A stretch of DNA of 63,118 bases, counting the filler, from Octopus bimaculoides (lineage: Eukaryota): assembly GCF_001194135.2 (NCBI RefSeq). It is 5 parts of 5 records of this genome, joined end to end, with 100 filler letters (N's around TTAATTAATTAA, not from the genome) between each part and the next. Parts side by side here need not be neighbours in the genome. Positions count along the whole stretch, not along the records: positions 1 to 16,872 come from NC_068988.1; 4 more parts are not named here. One strand, 5' to 3'. The number at the start of each line of letters is the position of its first letter. Within the stretch, counting starts at the first letter, position 1. The notes under the pieces were generated by a model that saw only the letters and a program-made list of their open reading frames with translations, was not told where the DNA came from and ran no database searches. Both the position numbers and the translations under genes were made by a program. This document shows, in pieces, positions 1 to 12,257 of the stretch.

Positions 1-458
1 CGATGCAGAAATTGTTAATGTAACACAATCAGGGCTATTTAGTATTTGTTAGTGTACTTGTCACTGTTATCACTGGTCTTTGCTCTAACCATCAAGTGTT
101 GATTGCATTCTTAGTAAAGATCTGTCTTCATATTTCTGCTTGCAAATTCCGCAATCAATTTAATCTACCCACACATGTAAACAAAATAAAACCAAGTATA
201 TCATCATCATCATTTAATGTCCGTCTTCCATGCTAGCCTGGGTGAGAAGAGTGAATTCGGTATTTCTCATCTTTGTACATAAACCAATCATTATTACTAC
301 TTTTAATGTTGTGAGTTTATAGGAATGTAGTGCTAAGCGAAATATCTTATGTATTTAAATTCTTGAAGGGTTTGCATTCCTTTTAATTTCCCTCAAAGCA
401 CTAAATACTAGTTACTTGGTGTTGATTCAACTGATTAGTTTTAAATTTATGTCACACA

Positions 459-897
459 TCATCATTGTTTAACGTCCGCTTTCCATGCTAGCATGGGTTG
501 GACGATTTGACTGAGGACTGGTGAATCAGATGGCTACACCAGGCTCCAATCTGATTTGACAGAGTTTCTACAGCTGGATGCCCTTCCTAATGCCAACCAC
601 TCTGAGAGTGTAGTGGGTGCTTTTACGTGCCACCTGCACAGGAGCCAGTCCTGGCAACGATCTCGCTCGAATATCTTTACACGTGCCACCGGCACAGATA
701 CCAGGAAGGCGACGCTGGGAACAGGTGCCATAACGATTTCGCTTTCGCTTGCCCCAACAGGTCTTCGCAAGCCGAGTTTCGTGTCCAATGAAGGAGACGA
801 CGTTGGCATGGGTGCCAGTCGTCGAATTTAGTTCGATTTCGATTTCACTTGCCTCAACAGGTCTTCGCAAGCGGAGTTTAGTGTCCAATGAAGGAAA
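459..897 (-). mobile_element. RTE-type retroposon 3' UTR fragment with internal duplications and (GAT)n tail
   Basis: Homologous to 4657-4860, including GGAAGGGCATCCAGCTGTAGAAA and the ...GGACGTTAAA-GATGATG tail; ~60-bp block duplicated near 735 and 838; related pieces at ~205-245 and 53255-53429. Confidence 0.75.
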
Positions 898-1280
898 GTT
901 TCAAATTTATATCAATCAAAGAAATTATTCTTGTTACATTTTTCTCCTCCAGGGCCTGACTTAACATTATATGCTTCAGATGCTTGCTGCGTTTTGCATC
1001 CACTAAAAAAAGTGTAGAAGGATGACGCCTGTACAATTTATTATTGACTGTCAAGGGAAGGATATAGAAGTGGTATGGTACTGGATAAAGAATTCACAGT
1101 AATTAGTTGTGTCTCTATGATCTGAGTTCAGGTTCCATAACAGTTACCTTTGCCTTTCATCTTTGGGGCAAAGGTGTGAATAAATATTTACAATTAAGTC
1201 TTTCCCTGAAAAATTTGTAACTACTTTATATTAAATTTAGGAATTCTTGTTATTTTGATATTTTCTCTTTCTTTTTTCAG

Positions 1281-1347
1281 CCAAAGCTCAAATCTTTTAA
1301 ACCAAGCACGTTTGAAAGTCCTTAGAGATCGAGAAGAGCATATAAAA
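1281..1347 (+). CDS. ATP6V1E1: V-ATPase E exon (QSSNLLNQARLKVLRDREEHIK)
   Basis: ttttcag acceptor, gtaaat donor, 67 bp, NQARLKVL motif. Confidence 0.95.
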
Positions 1348-4300
1348 GTAAATAATATTTTATATTTTACTTATATTTTTAATTTTTGTATCTTTTATCT
1401 TTTATTTGTTTCCATCATTGGACTACCACTTCTTGTCATCAATTCCTCTAAAATTAAAGAAATTATTCTGTTCAAGCTTTATCTCTTTGTTTTGCTTTCT
1501 TTATCTAAATGAGCTTGATGTATAAACTTCAAATTTAGAAATAGAAACCAGAACCTTTAGTGGACATATATGGGTGGACAACTATACTGGCAAGAACATA
1601 TGAGATTTAACGAAGTTCAAAGTAAAAATATAATCTAATGGCCAACAGCCATTTTGTAAATATAAAGCCAAGAAGATTTAGAATAAAATTGTGTGATCTA
1701 AGAAAACCAAGCCTTCTAGAAGAGAGTTGTAATTGTATAATTGTTATAATAATGCAATTTTCTTAAATATTTTCTATTATTTCTAGGATGTTTTAGAAGA
1801 GGCTCGTCGTCGTCTTGGGCAGGTGACAAATGATAAACACCGTTACAGAGGTATTCTTGAAGGACTCATTACACAGGTAAAAAAGTTTTCATCCTGTTTA
1901 GTCTTACTGGCAAAATTCATTTCTCTTGGGAGAAATAAGGGTGATAATGTCTTCATTCCATCTGATCTCCCCTGTGAATTTAAATGGCTCCAGTTCCCAG
2001 TGTGAAACTAAGTTTTGCTATGTCCATAAGCAAATCTCAAGCACAATCTCTCAACATTGTTGGACTTAACCTTGCTTCTCTCATGGGCAATTATATGTAG
2101 GATGTTTGTGAGTTGGAAGTCCCAATTAAAGGACACACTGAAAACATTAAACTCTGATTGATTTCAGGATTTGTTTTAATAACTTTGTTTATATTCACAT
2201 CATCTGATAGAATTTCTTCTGAAAATATCTTTTTTATCGGAATAAATATATGTACTTCCTTTAACATTCTTTAAACTTCTGAGCAACACTGGGTACTCAG
2301 GCTAGTACAATATGAAAAAAGGCAAAGATAGCATCGGAAATATGACAAGTGCTCTTGCTACCGGGTTACCTATCAGTGCTTGATAGTGGGTTAATTATCA
2401 CCTCTACTTTAGCTTTATGTAAGCAATAGTTTTATACCACACCCTGCTCTCTCTTTATCTGGTAGACACGGCAAGTGTGAACTGAATGAATGACGGTAAA
2501 TTGAATGTAGAATGAAATTTATGTCTTGGCAAACCTTCTTTTCAGATGTAGGATGCTGTCCACCATTCTCATATCTCCTCTTGACCCCCTTTCTCCCCCT
2601 TAGAGTTGGTACACTCAACATTTTACAGAATTGAAAGTGAGGTCTGATGAGATAGTTAAGATGCTGGAACAAAGGCATGTAGACGTGTGTTGCATCCAAG
2701 AGGTAAAGCAAAGAACATAGGTATGAAATCTCCTGGATAGACAATAGTAATGGGGTTGGTGACATGAGCATACTTTTTTTGCTGAGAAATGGGTTAAGGC
2801 AATCGAGGGAGTCAGAATGTCTGATATGATACCGAAACTTAGACTAGTGTTGCAAAGTGGAGTAACAATTATTATTTCTGCCTATGCTCCTCGACTGGGG
2901 CTGCCAGATGAACAGAAAGATCGATTTTATGATACCCTTTTGCACAAATGACAGTGACTTCAATGAACATGTTGGACAGCATCCAGATGGCTTCTGTGGA
3001 GTTGGTTCCTGCAATGAGTAGGGAACTAGGCTTCTGAAGTTCTGCGATGCAAATGACCTTATGATCTGCAATACTAACTTCAGGAGACCAGTCGGTCACC
3101 TGTTCACTCATCAAACTGGTGGCTATACAAGCCAGATTGACAACATTCTCACTGGAAAGATGGCTGCTTGTAAATGCAAATTCCTTCCCAGATGAAGATT
3201 GCACTCCTTGATATTCGTGGAATATCCAAAATTACTAATATTTTAACATAAATTCTAAACTTATAAAAGCAATTTTCTAAATGTCAGTTTTTAACACATT
3301 TTTTTCAGGCTCTATTCCAACTTCTTGAGACTAATGTAATTATCAAATGCCGTGAACAAGATGTAAATTTAGTCAAGGTCAGTTATAGTTATTCGTTGAT
3401 TTGTTTGTTCTCATTAATGGATGATACCATGTTTTGTTAATTACAACTATTGCAGTTTATTATTTGATTTTTTTTTCTTTTCCTTTTCAACTGTTAGAAA
3501 TGAAATATTTCTAAAATTTCATTTCTAGGCCTCTCTCTCAGTCAAATCTATAAATAGACATAAAGGCACTGCACTAATCTGATTTCCAATAAACTCAATG
3601 TGCAATTATTTTACAAAAATAAATTTGGCTCAAAATATTTTCCCTTTCTGATAATGTTTGTTTCTGCTTTGTGTAATTCAGATCTAAGGAATATCTTGAA
3701 AACAAGTAAGGTTAGTGACAGGAAGAGCGTCTAGTTATAGAACAATACTTCAGCAATATGTAGCATGGAAAAACAAATGTCAAAGATTATGGCATGCTGG
3801 CAAAACCATTAGCACAACAGGTAAAATGCTTAACCGCATTTTGTCCATCTTTACATTCTGAATTCAAATTCTGCCAAGGTCAATTGTCATTTATCTTTTT
3901 GGAATTAACAGAATAAGTACCAGTTGAGTATCGGGGGTCAATGTAACGGACTGGCCTACTCCCCTCAAAATGTTAGGCCTTCTGCCTAGAATAGAAATTA
4001 TAGATGTTTAATGAGCAGCTAATTCACAAAAGTTTTTTTCATATAAGAATTGCAGAAGTGAAAGTAGTCGTATCAGAGTACCATAAGTAGTATTAGTTGT
4101 ATAATAATAATAATAATCCTTTTTACTATAGGCACAAGGCCAGAAATGTTTTGTGGGGAGGGGCCAGCCAATTACATCAGCCCCAATACTTGACCTGGTC
4201 CTTATTTCATCAACCCCAGAAGGATGAAAGGCAAAGTTGAACCTGGCAAAATCTGAGCTCAGGACAGGAAGATGGATGAAATGCTGAGAAGCATTTTGTC

Positions 4301-7300
4301 TGGCTAATGATTCTGCCTAAATAATAATGATAATGATTTCAAATTCTGGCACAAGGCCAGCAATTGGCGGAAGTTGATTACATCAACCCCAGTAATCAAC
4401 TGCTACTTATTTTATCGATCCCAAAAGGCTGAAAGGCAAAGTTGATTTCAGTGCATAAGAACGGATGAAACACCACTAAGCATTTTGTGCTAACGATTCT
4501 GTCAGCTCTCTGCCTTGATAATGATGATGATGATAAAAGTGCAATTGGTGCTTTTGTGTGTGTTTTATTTTATATACCATTAATTCATATTGATCACACC
4601 ATTGTTCTTTGAAGTAAACATGTATTATTTCAATTTTGTTTTCTATTAAAACTTCCTTCATCATCGTCATTTAACGTCCGTTGTCCATGCTGGCATGGGT
4701 TGGTTGGTTTAACCAGGACTGGTAAACTGGAAGGCTGCACCGGACTCCAGTCTGATTTGGCATGGTTTTCTACAGCTAGATGCCCTTCCTAATGCCAACT
4801 ACTCTGAGAGTGTAATGGGTGCTTTTATGTGCCACCAGCACAGGTGCCATTTGCATGACACCAGTATCTGCCATGGCTGCGATTTTGCTTGGCTTGATGT
4901 GTCTTCTTCTCAAGCACGACATAATGCCAAAGGTCTGTCGTTGCCTCCCTGAGGCCTAACATTCAAAAGGAACTCAGCCACTTTGCTTCTGTGAGGCCTA
5001 ACATTCAAAAGGAACTCAGCCACTTTGCTTCTGTGAGGCCTAACATTCAAAAGGAACTCAGCCACTTTGCCTCTGTGAAGCCCAATACTTGAATGGTGCT
5101 CTTTACATGTCACCAGCATGGATGCCGGTTACAGGACACCAACATCAGCCACGACAACAATTTCACTTGGCTTGACGAGTCTTCTCAAGCACAGCATATC
5201 GCCAAACATCTTGGTCACTAGTCATTGCCTTTGTGAGGCTGAAAGTTCGAAGATCATGCTTCACCACTTTGTCCCGTTTTCCTGGGTCTACCTCTACCAC
5301 TTCATTTCAACTTAGAACTCACTAAACTTATTGAGAAAAAAAAAAAAAGAATAATTCCAGCTTCTCTTCTCTTTTTTTTTTAATTTCATTTTCCAGGAAG
5401 TTTTACCTCAGTGTCAAGAGAACTTCAAGGCTGCTACTAGCAAAGACGTAAAAGTAACTATCAGTACAGATAGTTTTCTAGCCAGCTCAGTGTAAGTATT
5501 TGACTATTTCAGATGTTATGCTTCTGCATGAAAACCTGTTGTCATGTGTTTGAAAGCTTCACATTGCTGCATCATTCCATTCATCAAGCGTGCTGATATG
5601 ACCCACATACAGTTTCATAAATCTTACTTGAATCTTATAGGAATTAAACCATTACTAGCTGAGGATTATCTTTCATGTATTAAGCATTCATATTTCATGT
5701 CCAAAACTACATATTCATCCTTTCTCCATTCTTTTAATATAATGTCATTAGAAATGTTGTCTTCTCTCGTGTTTTGCTTTTTTTGTTTTTTTTCTGGAAG
5801 TTAGGTACATCATTCTGCCCAGTTTAACATCAGCTCTAGACTCTATAGTAAGCACTTGGTTCTGGTAGGGGGGTTCCTATAACCTCTTGATGCACCATCA
5901 CTTTTAACACTTGACCAAGATGCCAAAATCCAGAACTAAATCCACTGGCCTCTCTCTTCCATTCACAGACTTCATTGCAACCTTAGAGCTCACTCACCTC
6001 TTATTAATTTGTAAATCTCACATCCTACTCTTCTCCAACCTCCTACATTAATTATGTTGGTCTGATCTTAACGAATTAATTTATAATTGTACAGCATATA
6101 ATTAATATTCTTTTTTTTTTTTCTTTAGATCTGGTGGAGTGGAAGTCTTTGCCCAACAAGGAAAAATCAAAGTTATCAATACTTTGGACAAAAGACTTGA
6201 ACTCATTAGCCAACAGGTAACAGAACTTATTTACTTTACTGCATCACCTGTTTTTTGTTTTATTGCAACCCTATTATACACATAGCAAATATGATACCCC
6301 TTCACGTGATTTTCTATTTTGGGAATATGAAATTTGTAACCTGTTTCAGAAAATTAAAAGAAAGGAAAAAATAAATAAGAATTGTTGGAGCCAAATTAGG
6401 CTGGACAAAATGCAGTTTGGCTTCATAGTCCGGCAACTGCAAGAGAAGTACTTAGCTAAGAATAAACCATTATAATTAGCATTTGTTGATCTAGAGAAAG
6501 CTTTCAATAGAGTACCCTGCTGTGTGATATGGTGGGCTCAAGGACAGATGAGTAGTTTGTGAAAGCCCTAAGGGCACTGTCTGTAAGGTAAGTGTTTATC
6601 AAGGCTCAGTCCTCCGTCTTCTCCTTTTCATCATTGTCCTCCAGGCCATAACAGAGGAATTCAAGACCAGCAACTACTATATGCTGATGATCTTGCCCTC
6701 ATAGCAGATTCCATATCAGAGCTAGAAGAGAAATTTCAGGTATGGAAGTAAAACCTGGAATCTAAGGTCCTTAAAGTTAATTTAGAAAAGACTAAGGTAC
6801 AGCTCTTCATTAAATGACAGTGATGGCCAGCATTTCTAATTTTTTTTTGTTGTTGTTGATGTAGGAGTGGCTGTGTGGTAAGTAGCTTGCTTACCAACCA
6901 CATGGTTCTGGGTTCAGTCCCACTGCGTGGCACCTTGGGCAAGTGTCTTCTACTATAGCCTTGGGCTGACCAAAGCCTTGTGAGTAGATTTGGTAGACGG
7001 AAACTGAAAGAAGCCCGTCGTATATATATGTATATGTGTGTCTGTTTGACAACCCATGCTGGTGTGTTTACGTCCCCGTAACTTAGCGGTTTAGCAAAAG
7101 CGACTGATAGAATAAGTACTAGGCTTGCAAAGAATAAGTCCTGGGGTCGATTTGCTTGACTAACGGCAGTGCTCTAGCATGGCCACAGTCAAATGACTGA
7201 AACAAATAAAAGAGATGTTATGAATGCCATCGGGAAAGTGGTCAATGATGGAAGTTGTAGTTGACAGTTTTTAGTTGCATGTTATCCAATCGTAAAAGAG

Positions 7301-7527
7301 AGTGCGGTATAAGAGCTATTACCTTGAAAAACCGACATTAAATGATCATCTCACACACACACACACAGTATAACTTTTGCATTGACATTGCTCTAATTTC
7401 CGGTGCCATTTGATTGATATATTTTCTATTGACCTTTGTTCACCAGTATTTTTTCTTGTTTCAGATGTTGCCACAACAGAGAGAAATACTTTTTGGGAAG
7501 AATGTTAATCGCAGATTCTTGAATTAG
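1281..7527 (+). CDS. ATP6V1E1: V-type proton ATPase subunit E, 3' part: join(1281-1347,1787-1876,3309-3377,5397-5491,6129-6216,7465-7527); 5' exons lie outside the window
   Basis: Six AG/GT-bounded exons splice in frame to QSSNLLNQARLKVLRDREEHIK-DVLEEARRRLGQVTNDKHRYRGILEGLITQ-ALFQLLETNVIIKCREQDVNLVK-EVLPQCQENFKAATSKDVKVTISTDSFLASSV-SGGVEVFAQQGKIKVINTLDKRLELISQQ-MLPQQREILFGKNVNRRFLN*. This matches the C-terminal two thirds of V-ATPase E. Exon sizes 67/90/69/95/88/63 equal those I recall for vertebrate ATP6V1E1. Confidence 0.96.
1787..1876 (+). CDS. ATP6V1E1: V-ATPase E exon (DVLEEARRRL...GLITQ)
   Basis: ttctag acceptor, gtaaaa donor, 90 bp, phase 0/0. Confidence 0.95.
2560..3220 (+). mobile_element. 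Degenerate RTE-clade LINE, AP-endonuclease region (ATP6V1E intron)
   Basis: Broken frames read LRVGTLN...DVCCIQEV...IISAYAP..GLPDEQKDRFYD...LLKFCDANDLMICNTNF...QIDNIL. Confidence 0.8.
3309..3377 (+). CDS. ATP6V1E1: V-ATPase E exon (ALFQLLE...CREQDVNLVK)
   Basis: tttcag acceptor, gtcagt donor, 69 bp. Confidence 0.95.
3790..4515. mobile_element. Cluster of three tRNA-derived SINEs with Nin/Deu-like core (3790-4000 +, 4115-4320 -, 4335-4515 -)
   Basis: Shared core CTTTGCCTTTCATCCTT..GGGGT.GAT.AAATAAG.ACCAG and tail GGCCTTGTGCC...; same family at 42160-42378 +, 48398-48477 -, 53880-53940 - and 60680-60830 +. Confidence 0.75.
4657..5312 (-). mobile_element. 5'-truncated RTE LINE 3' end with 3 x 42-bp tandem repeat (4951-5076) in the 3' UTR
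   Basis: C-terminal GRGRPRKTGDKVVKHDLRT...VWRYAVLEKTRQAK*, followed by UTR and (GAT)n tail. Confidence 0.82.
5397..5491 (+). CDS. ATP6V1E1: V-ATPase E exon (EVLPQCQENF...SFLASS)
   Basis: ttccag acceptor, gtaagt donor, 95 bp. Confidence 0.93.
6129..6216 (+). CDS. ATP6V1E1: V-ATPase E exon (SGGVEV...NTLDKRLELISQQ)
   Basis: ctttag acceptor, gtaaca donor, 88 bp, GGVE and NTL..RL motifs. Confidence 0.95.
6370..6830 (+). mobile_element. Degenerate RTE LINE reverse-transcriptase fragment
   Basis: MQFGF...AFVDLEKAFNRVP...QGS...LYADDLALIA...LKVNLEKTKV. Confidence 0.85.
6863..7214 (+). mobile_element. Full-length tRNA-derived SINE (GGAGTGGCTGTGTGGTAAG head) nested in the RTE fragment
   Basis: A-box/B-box-like head (TGGTAAG...GGTTCAGTCCC), ACCTTGGGCAAGTGTCTT core, internal (TA/TG)n; copies at 20562-20601, 27178-27495, 40215-40657 (-) and 52135-52300 (-, degenerate). 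Confidence 0.85.
7465..7527 (+). CDS. ATP6V1E1: V-ATPase E terminal coding exon (MLPQQREILFGKNVNRRFLN*)
   Basis: tttcag acceptor, TAG stop at 7525-7527; AT-rich 3' UTR follows with AATAAA near 7910 and 8002. Confidence 0.94.
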   Translation: MLPQQREILFGKNVNRRFLN

Positions 7528-8609
7528 TTATTCTTTTAAAGTTAATCGTTTTTTTTTTTCTTCAAAGCGTTCCATTGAGACACTTTTTAATTTTTTTTTC
7601 TTTCGTGTAATATAAAGTCTGATTAATTCTAGATCTTACATCTCAAAACTATTAATCATTGTTTTTGAAATTGATTGGATCACATACACACACACCAATA
7701 CAACTTTTAATCCTAGTTGTGATTTCAATTATAGATTTTTGTTCATTCCAAATCTTATTTTTGATGTAAAATGAAATGTAAAAAGTGAATATTTCTTTCT
7801 CCGGTCATTTTCTAGCTGATTAGCAATAATTACACAGGTGGAATAGTTTCCTGTTTTCTGTAAATTTTGGGTACATTTGTATTCCATTACTTGTTAAATT
7901 TGAATATAAAATAAATTCGTTAAAATAACATGAATTGTGTTATTTTTTTTTATGAATGAAATAGTTGGGAGTGTTTTAGTTTAATAGAAAGAAACCATTC
8001 CAATAAATGCATTGTCTACTACATAAATATTTATTTGGGAGCCATTGAGGAACCTTTCTTGCACTTTAACATTATTATTATTTCTTTATCTTATCCAGCT
8101 CCACACACGTGTGTGTGTGTGGACAAAATATTACTCCTCTCACCACTTTTTACTTAATCTTTCAGCCAGGAAGGAAGGCAATGTTGGTGACCCTTCACAT
8201 TGCCTCTGAGAACTGGGGTGGGAGGGACAGAGAAAAAAAACCCAGCCTGAATGCTTTCGTCAGAATGCAAAATCTGCAGAAATTTTTATTACCCAAGAGT
8301 GATTATTACTGATTTTTGAGATATACTGTCACTTGTGAAAGTTGATATTAGAAAACCAGTGATATTCATGAGTTTGGAAAAGATTGTCTGCTATAATGTG
8401 ACTTTTCTCCCTCAGACAAAAAGGACACAATTCCTTCCCCCATGACATGAAATTCACTAAACACCAAATATCACTAATTTCTTTAGATTTCAAAGTTTTA
8501 GTAAGTAGAAAGAATACAAGGCAGGAACCTGCTGTCATCAGAGAAATGGCTATGTTCAATATGCAAAAAAAAAAAAGGAACTTCATACAATGTACAAAAT
8601 ATGACTTAT

Positions 8610-8960
8610 AGGTGCACATGCAGTTTGAGGTAAGGTGTTGCTCTGAAGGCAAAGTAAACAGAATGGAAGTTTGCAAAAGAGGGATTACATGTACAAAGTA
8701 AAGTGCTGCATTGTAGTGTGATGTGAGCATAGCAAACAAAGGATGTGTGGAAGTTGGAGAGAGAGATGAGAGATAACTTGGGTATAAAAAGAATCAGTTG
8801 TTGTGGGCAAGAGAGAGAGAGAAAACTGTGTTGGTATGATACATGTGGATGAGGAATAAGTAATTGAAGCCAATCTCAGGAGGTTGAACTTCATGAAGGG
8901 GATAAAAAAAGACTGCAACAAATGGTGAGTGCCAGATTGGGAGCAACTCATGCAAACATA
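8610..8960 (+). mobile_element. Highly degenerate RTE LINE C-terminal fragment
   Basis: Traces of LGIK.I....QER.L.WY and DLRRLN motifs; heavily frameshifted. Confidence 0.45.
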
Positions 8961-11900
8961 TAAAAAGCAGTTGTAAAAATGGTTAAAAGCATAGTGTATT
9001 CAGTTTTTTTTTTTTTCATGTTGAGATCAAACCTCATTTGTGTTTCTTTGCTATCTAATTAAAATACTCCTCTCAAATATTTTGTGGTGTTGCACATATG
9101 TTGAAAACCATTCATTATTTACAAGATAAATACAATAAGTTATTAATACAAAATGCATCTTAGTAAATGAAGTTATATATCAGCATGTAGAAAGCAAACA
9201 GTAGACAGCTGTCAAGATTTAAATTTTGATTTTTTTAATAATTTTGAGGTATAATTTGATTGTCTTGTTTTGGAGAAAACATTGTAAATAACAGCTTAGG
9301 GGGGGAAAATCAACAAGATGATGATGAATGTAAAACTACATTCATGAGTCTATAATCTTGATCAGTATACACAGTTTCTTGAGTTAAAATACAAAATTCT
9401 GTTTTGATGCTTGGTTCTATATATATTTATTGATAAATATATAAAGAACCTAATGTTAAAATAAATTGTGTATGTTGACCATTGATTGGGAGTAATGTGC
9501 AACAAGGTTTGAAAAACTTGAAATCCAAAATGTCGATCAGGGGTTAGAATTAACAAAACACAATCCCTGTATTATTGAGAATGTTTTATTTTTGTTATTT
9601 CCAACTTCATATAACTGTCATACATGAAAAGAATATGATGTCCTAAAAAATCAAGTAACTATATCGGGAAAAAATGATGGTTGTTAGGTGTTGCATGGTC
9701 AGGTTATCAGTGACTAAACAAGTTCCCCCTATTCAGGTTTGCTTGTGGGGGACAGTTGGTAGAAAGCCAGCCTGACAAAGACATATCAAAAGGACGGATG
9801 AACCCCAATGTAGGGTCAACAATTACCTAGCAATTCTGGGTTAGCGTCTGATGTGTTGTAAAGTGAGAATGAGGTATGCCTCTAGAAAGTGTTACCCCCA
9901 GTAGTACAATGGGGCTTGGTAGCCTTTGAAGGCAGCCAGAATGGCTGTGAGTGTCTAGACAGAGGTGAAGACCAAAGGAGTCAACGCTTGGAAAAGAAAT
10001 CGGAACTGACTGATCCTATTCATTCTGAAGAGAGCATGAAGATGTAACGAATGGGTGGTGCATGAGGCCCTAACCCTCAGCCAATAATGACTTAACTATG
10101 TTTTCCATGTATATATTAGAAGTAAAAATATAAATGCATTGATTAACTTTATATGTGCAATAAATTGTATTTGGTTATTTTTAATGCAATGATAAGAGTA
10201 ATAGTTATTTCCTCTTAATATCTCGTTGATGCCTTGATGAGTATCAATAATTGCAATGATGGCAGGAGTTATATCCACCCTTACCTCTGTTTAGCCCAAA
10301 TAAACCCTGACCAAGTAGACCTATGATAAAAAAAAAAAGATTCCAACTATAACTGTTCCATTATTCTTTTAAGGCATCTAAAACTCTTCATTGTTATTTA
10401 GATATCCAATGTGTCCTTCTTGTGTAATATAAGGCAGAATTTGACTATCTCACCCACCTACCCCTTACAGGCTTCCTCTTTATCAAAAGAGGTTCCTTAC
10501 TGCTCATATTTCATGCATTTCTTTTGTTAAAATTCTAATACAACCTTATTCCATGACTAGAATAGTTGGACATTGTAAGTTTTAAGACCAGTATCTTCAA
10601 CACAATATTTTGTGTAGTTGGTGACTTTTAGTGAGTTTTTATTATGATTAGTCACTTTAGTGAAAGCTGTAATCAATTTTTTAAATGAGAACAATAAAAA
10701 GAGAGAAGCAATATAAAACAATAGTAATAACAAAATGTAAACATTCATAATGTTTGCTTTTCTGCAATGTTGTAAATTATTTAACAATGGAATAAATGAA
10801 ATATTTCGAAAAGAACAAGATCAATAAATAGGGGAAAAAAATATATCTAAAAATGAAGTAACAATTCTTTTAAATTTCTAATTCCTGACAGGAAAATTAG
10901 AAATTCTTTTTAGTGTTTGCCTTTTTATCTTGTTCAGTAATTCAAATATATTTTAGTTGTATTGAAATTTCTTTGTTTAATATTTTACAGAGAATATTAA
11001 TTTCATTACAAACTTGGTGACAATGAGACATTGATTTGAATATAGTCTGACTCGGAAGTCACGAACAGCCAGAAATAAATACACAGCTTAAATAAGATAT
11101 AGACATGTATATATGTGTTGTGTATGTATAAATATATATACACACATATTCGGAAGAATGGAAAAACCAACTCCATGGTATTACAAAATAGTTTGTTCTA
11201 CAGCTGTTTCCCTGACACATGTGAAGACTGTCTACTTTGTAATAATTACAAAATTCATCATAGTTATTAAATTAATTTAGTTGAATGTGATGTAAAAGTA
11301 ATTTCATCTGGAATATTTCTGAAATATCTGCTATGGCATTAAAGTAATAATATTATGTAGTTTAATAACATGTTAAAAAATTGATCACTTCAATCCTGTG
11401 GATATTTTCCAGTGTATAATCACTTATTCAATATACATTATATACAACTATAGACTTACATACATGTGTGTGTGTGCATTGTAAAAGTAACTGCTTTTGC
11501 AATTTCACATCACCAAAAACTGAGCCTTTAAAATCACTTTTCATATTCTAGGCATTTATAAATTTCGCAAACTTATCTAACAGCCAGAATATGGTCATGC
11601 TGCAGAATGGTGTAAATTTTCCTGACAAAACATCACAACAATAAATATAATAGCAACATGAAAGAACATCCTTCAAATAAATTTTTATCTCTTCAAATTA
11701 TAAAACGAGATAAAACTAAAATATAGATCTAAGTTACAAGCACATTTCACAGATTTGTGCCTATGAGACAGTACAGCACAGTTTACAGTAATTCTCAGAG
11801 TTATGGACTTCAAAGAATTGCTAATCTGCAATTTCACAAGATTTAAGAAAATCTCTGGGTAGATTTACTCTGCGGTCAGAATATAGACGCGCACACACAC

Positions 11901-12119
11901 ACACATATATATATATACATATATATATATGGTTGTAGTCATGTATAGCTCAAACTTCAGTCTAATTCAACATTAAAAATTGTAGCTATGGAAGTATTCC
12001 GATTTTCGTGTAATAATAAAAAATGTAATAAACATCTGCCTACTCTTTTGATTTCAATATCAAAGATAAGAAAAGGAAATGAAAGAATTGCTATTCAAAA
12101 CACCAGAACCAACTTAGTC

Positions 12120-12257
12120 CTAGATAATAGGCCTGCTTGCATAATAAGTGTAGGTCAAATTATAATTCTTGAACATACAAAATTGATGATCAAGTCGCAT
12201 ATAGCCAGGAAGTGGTTCGTCTTGCAAATCTTTATAGGCGTTTCGAGCATTTGAAGC
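12120..12257 (-). CDS. AMD1: AMD1 terminal coding exon
   Basis: ctttag acceptor, 45 codons plus TAG; GYMRLDHQFCMFKNYNLTY resembles the SAMDC C-terminus (GFKRLDCQSAMFNDYNFVF). Confidence 0.88.
   Translation of the reverse strand, partial: ASNARNAYKDLQDEPLPGYMRLDHQFCMFKNYNLTYTYYASRPII

Noticed and set aside
4951-5076. 3 x 42-bp direct repeats superficially like a CRISPR array
   Set aside because: Head-to-tail units with no unique spacers, inside an RTE 3' UTR in a eukaryotic genome.
6863-6935. tRNA-like sequences at SINE heads (also 48240-48285 and 53880-53940)
   Set aside because: They have A/B-box similarity but no complete cloverleaf and continue into SINE bodies, so they are not tRNA genes.
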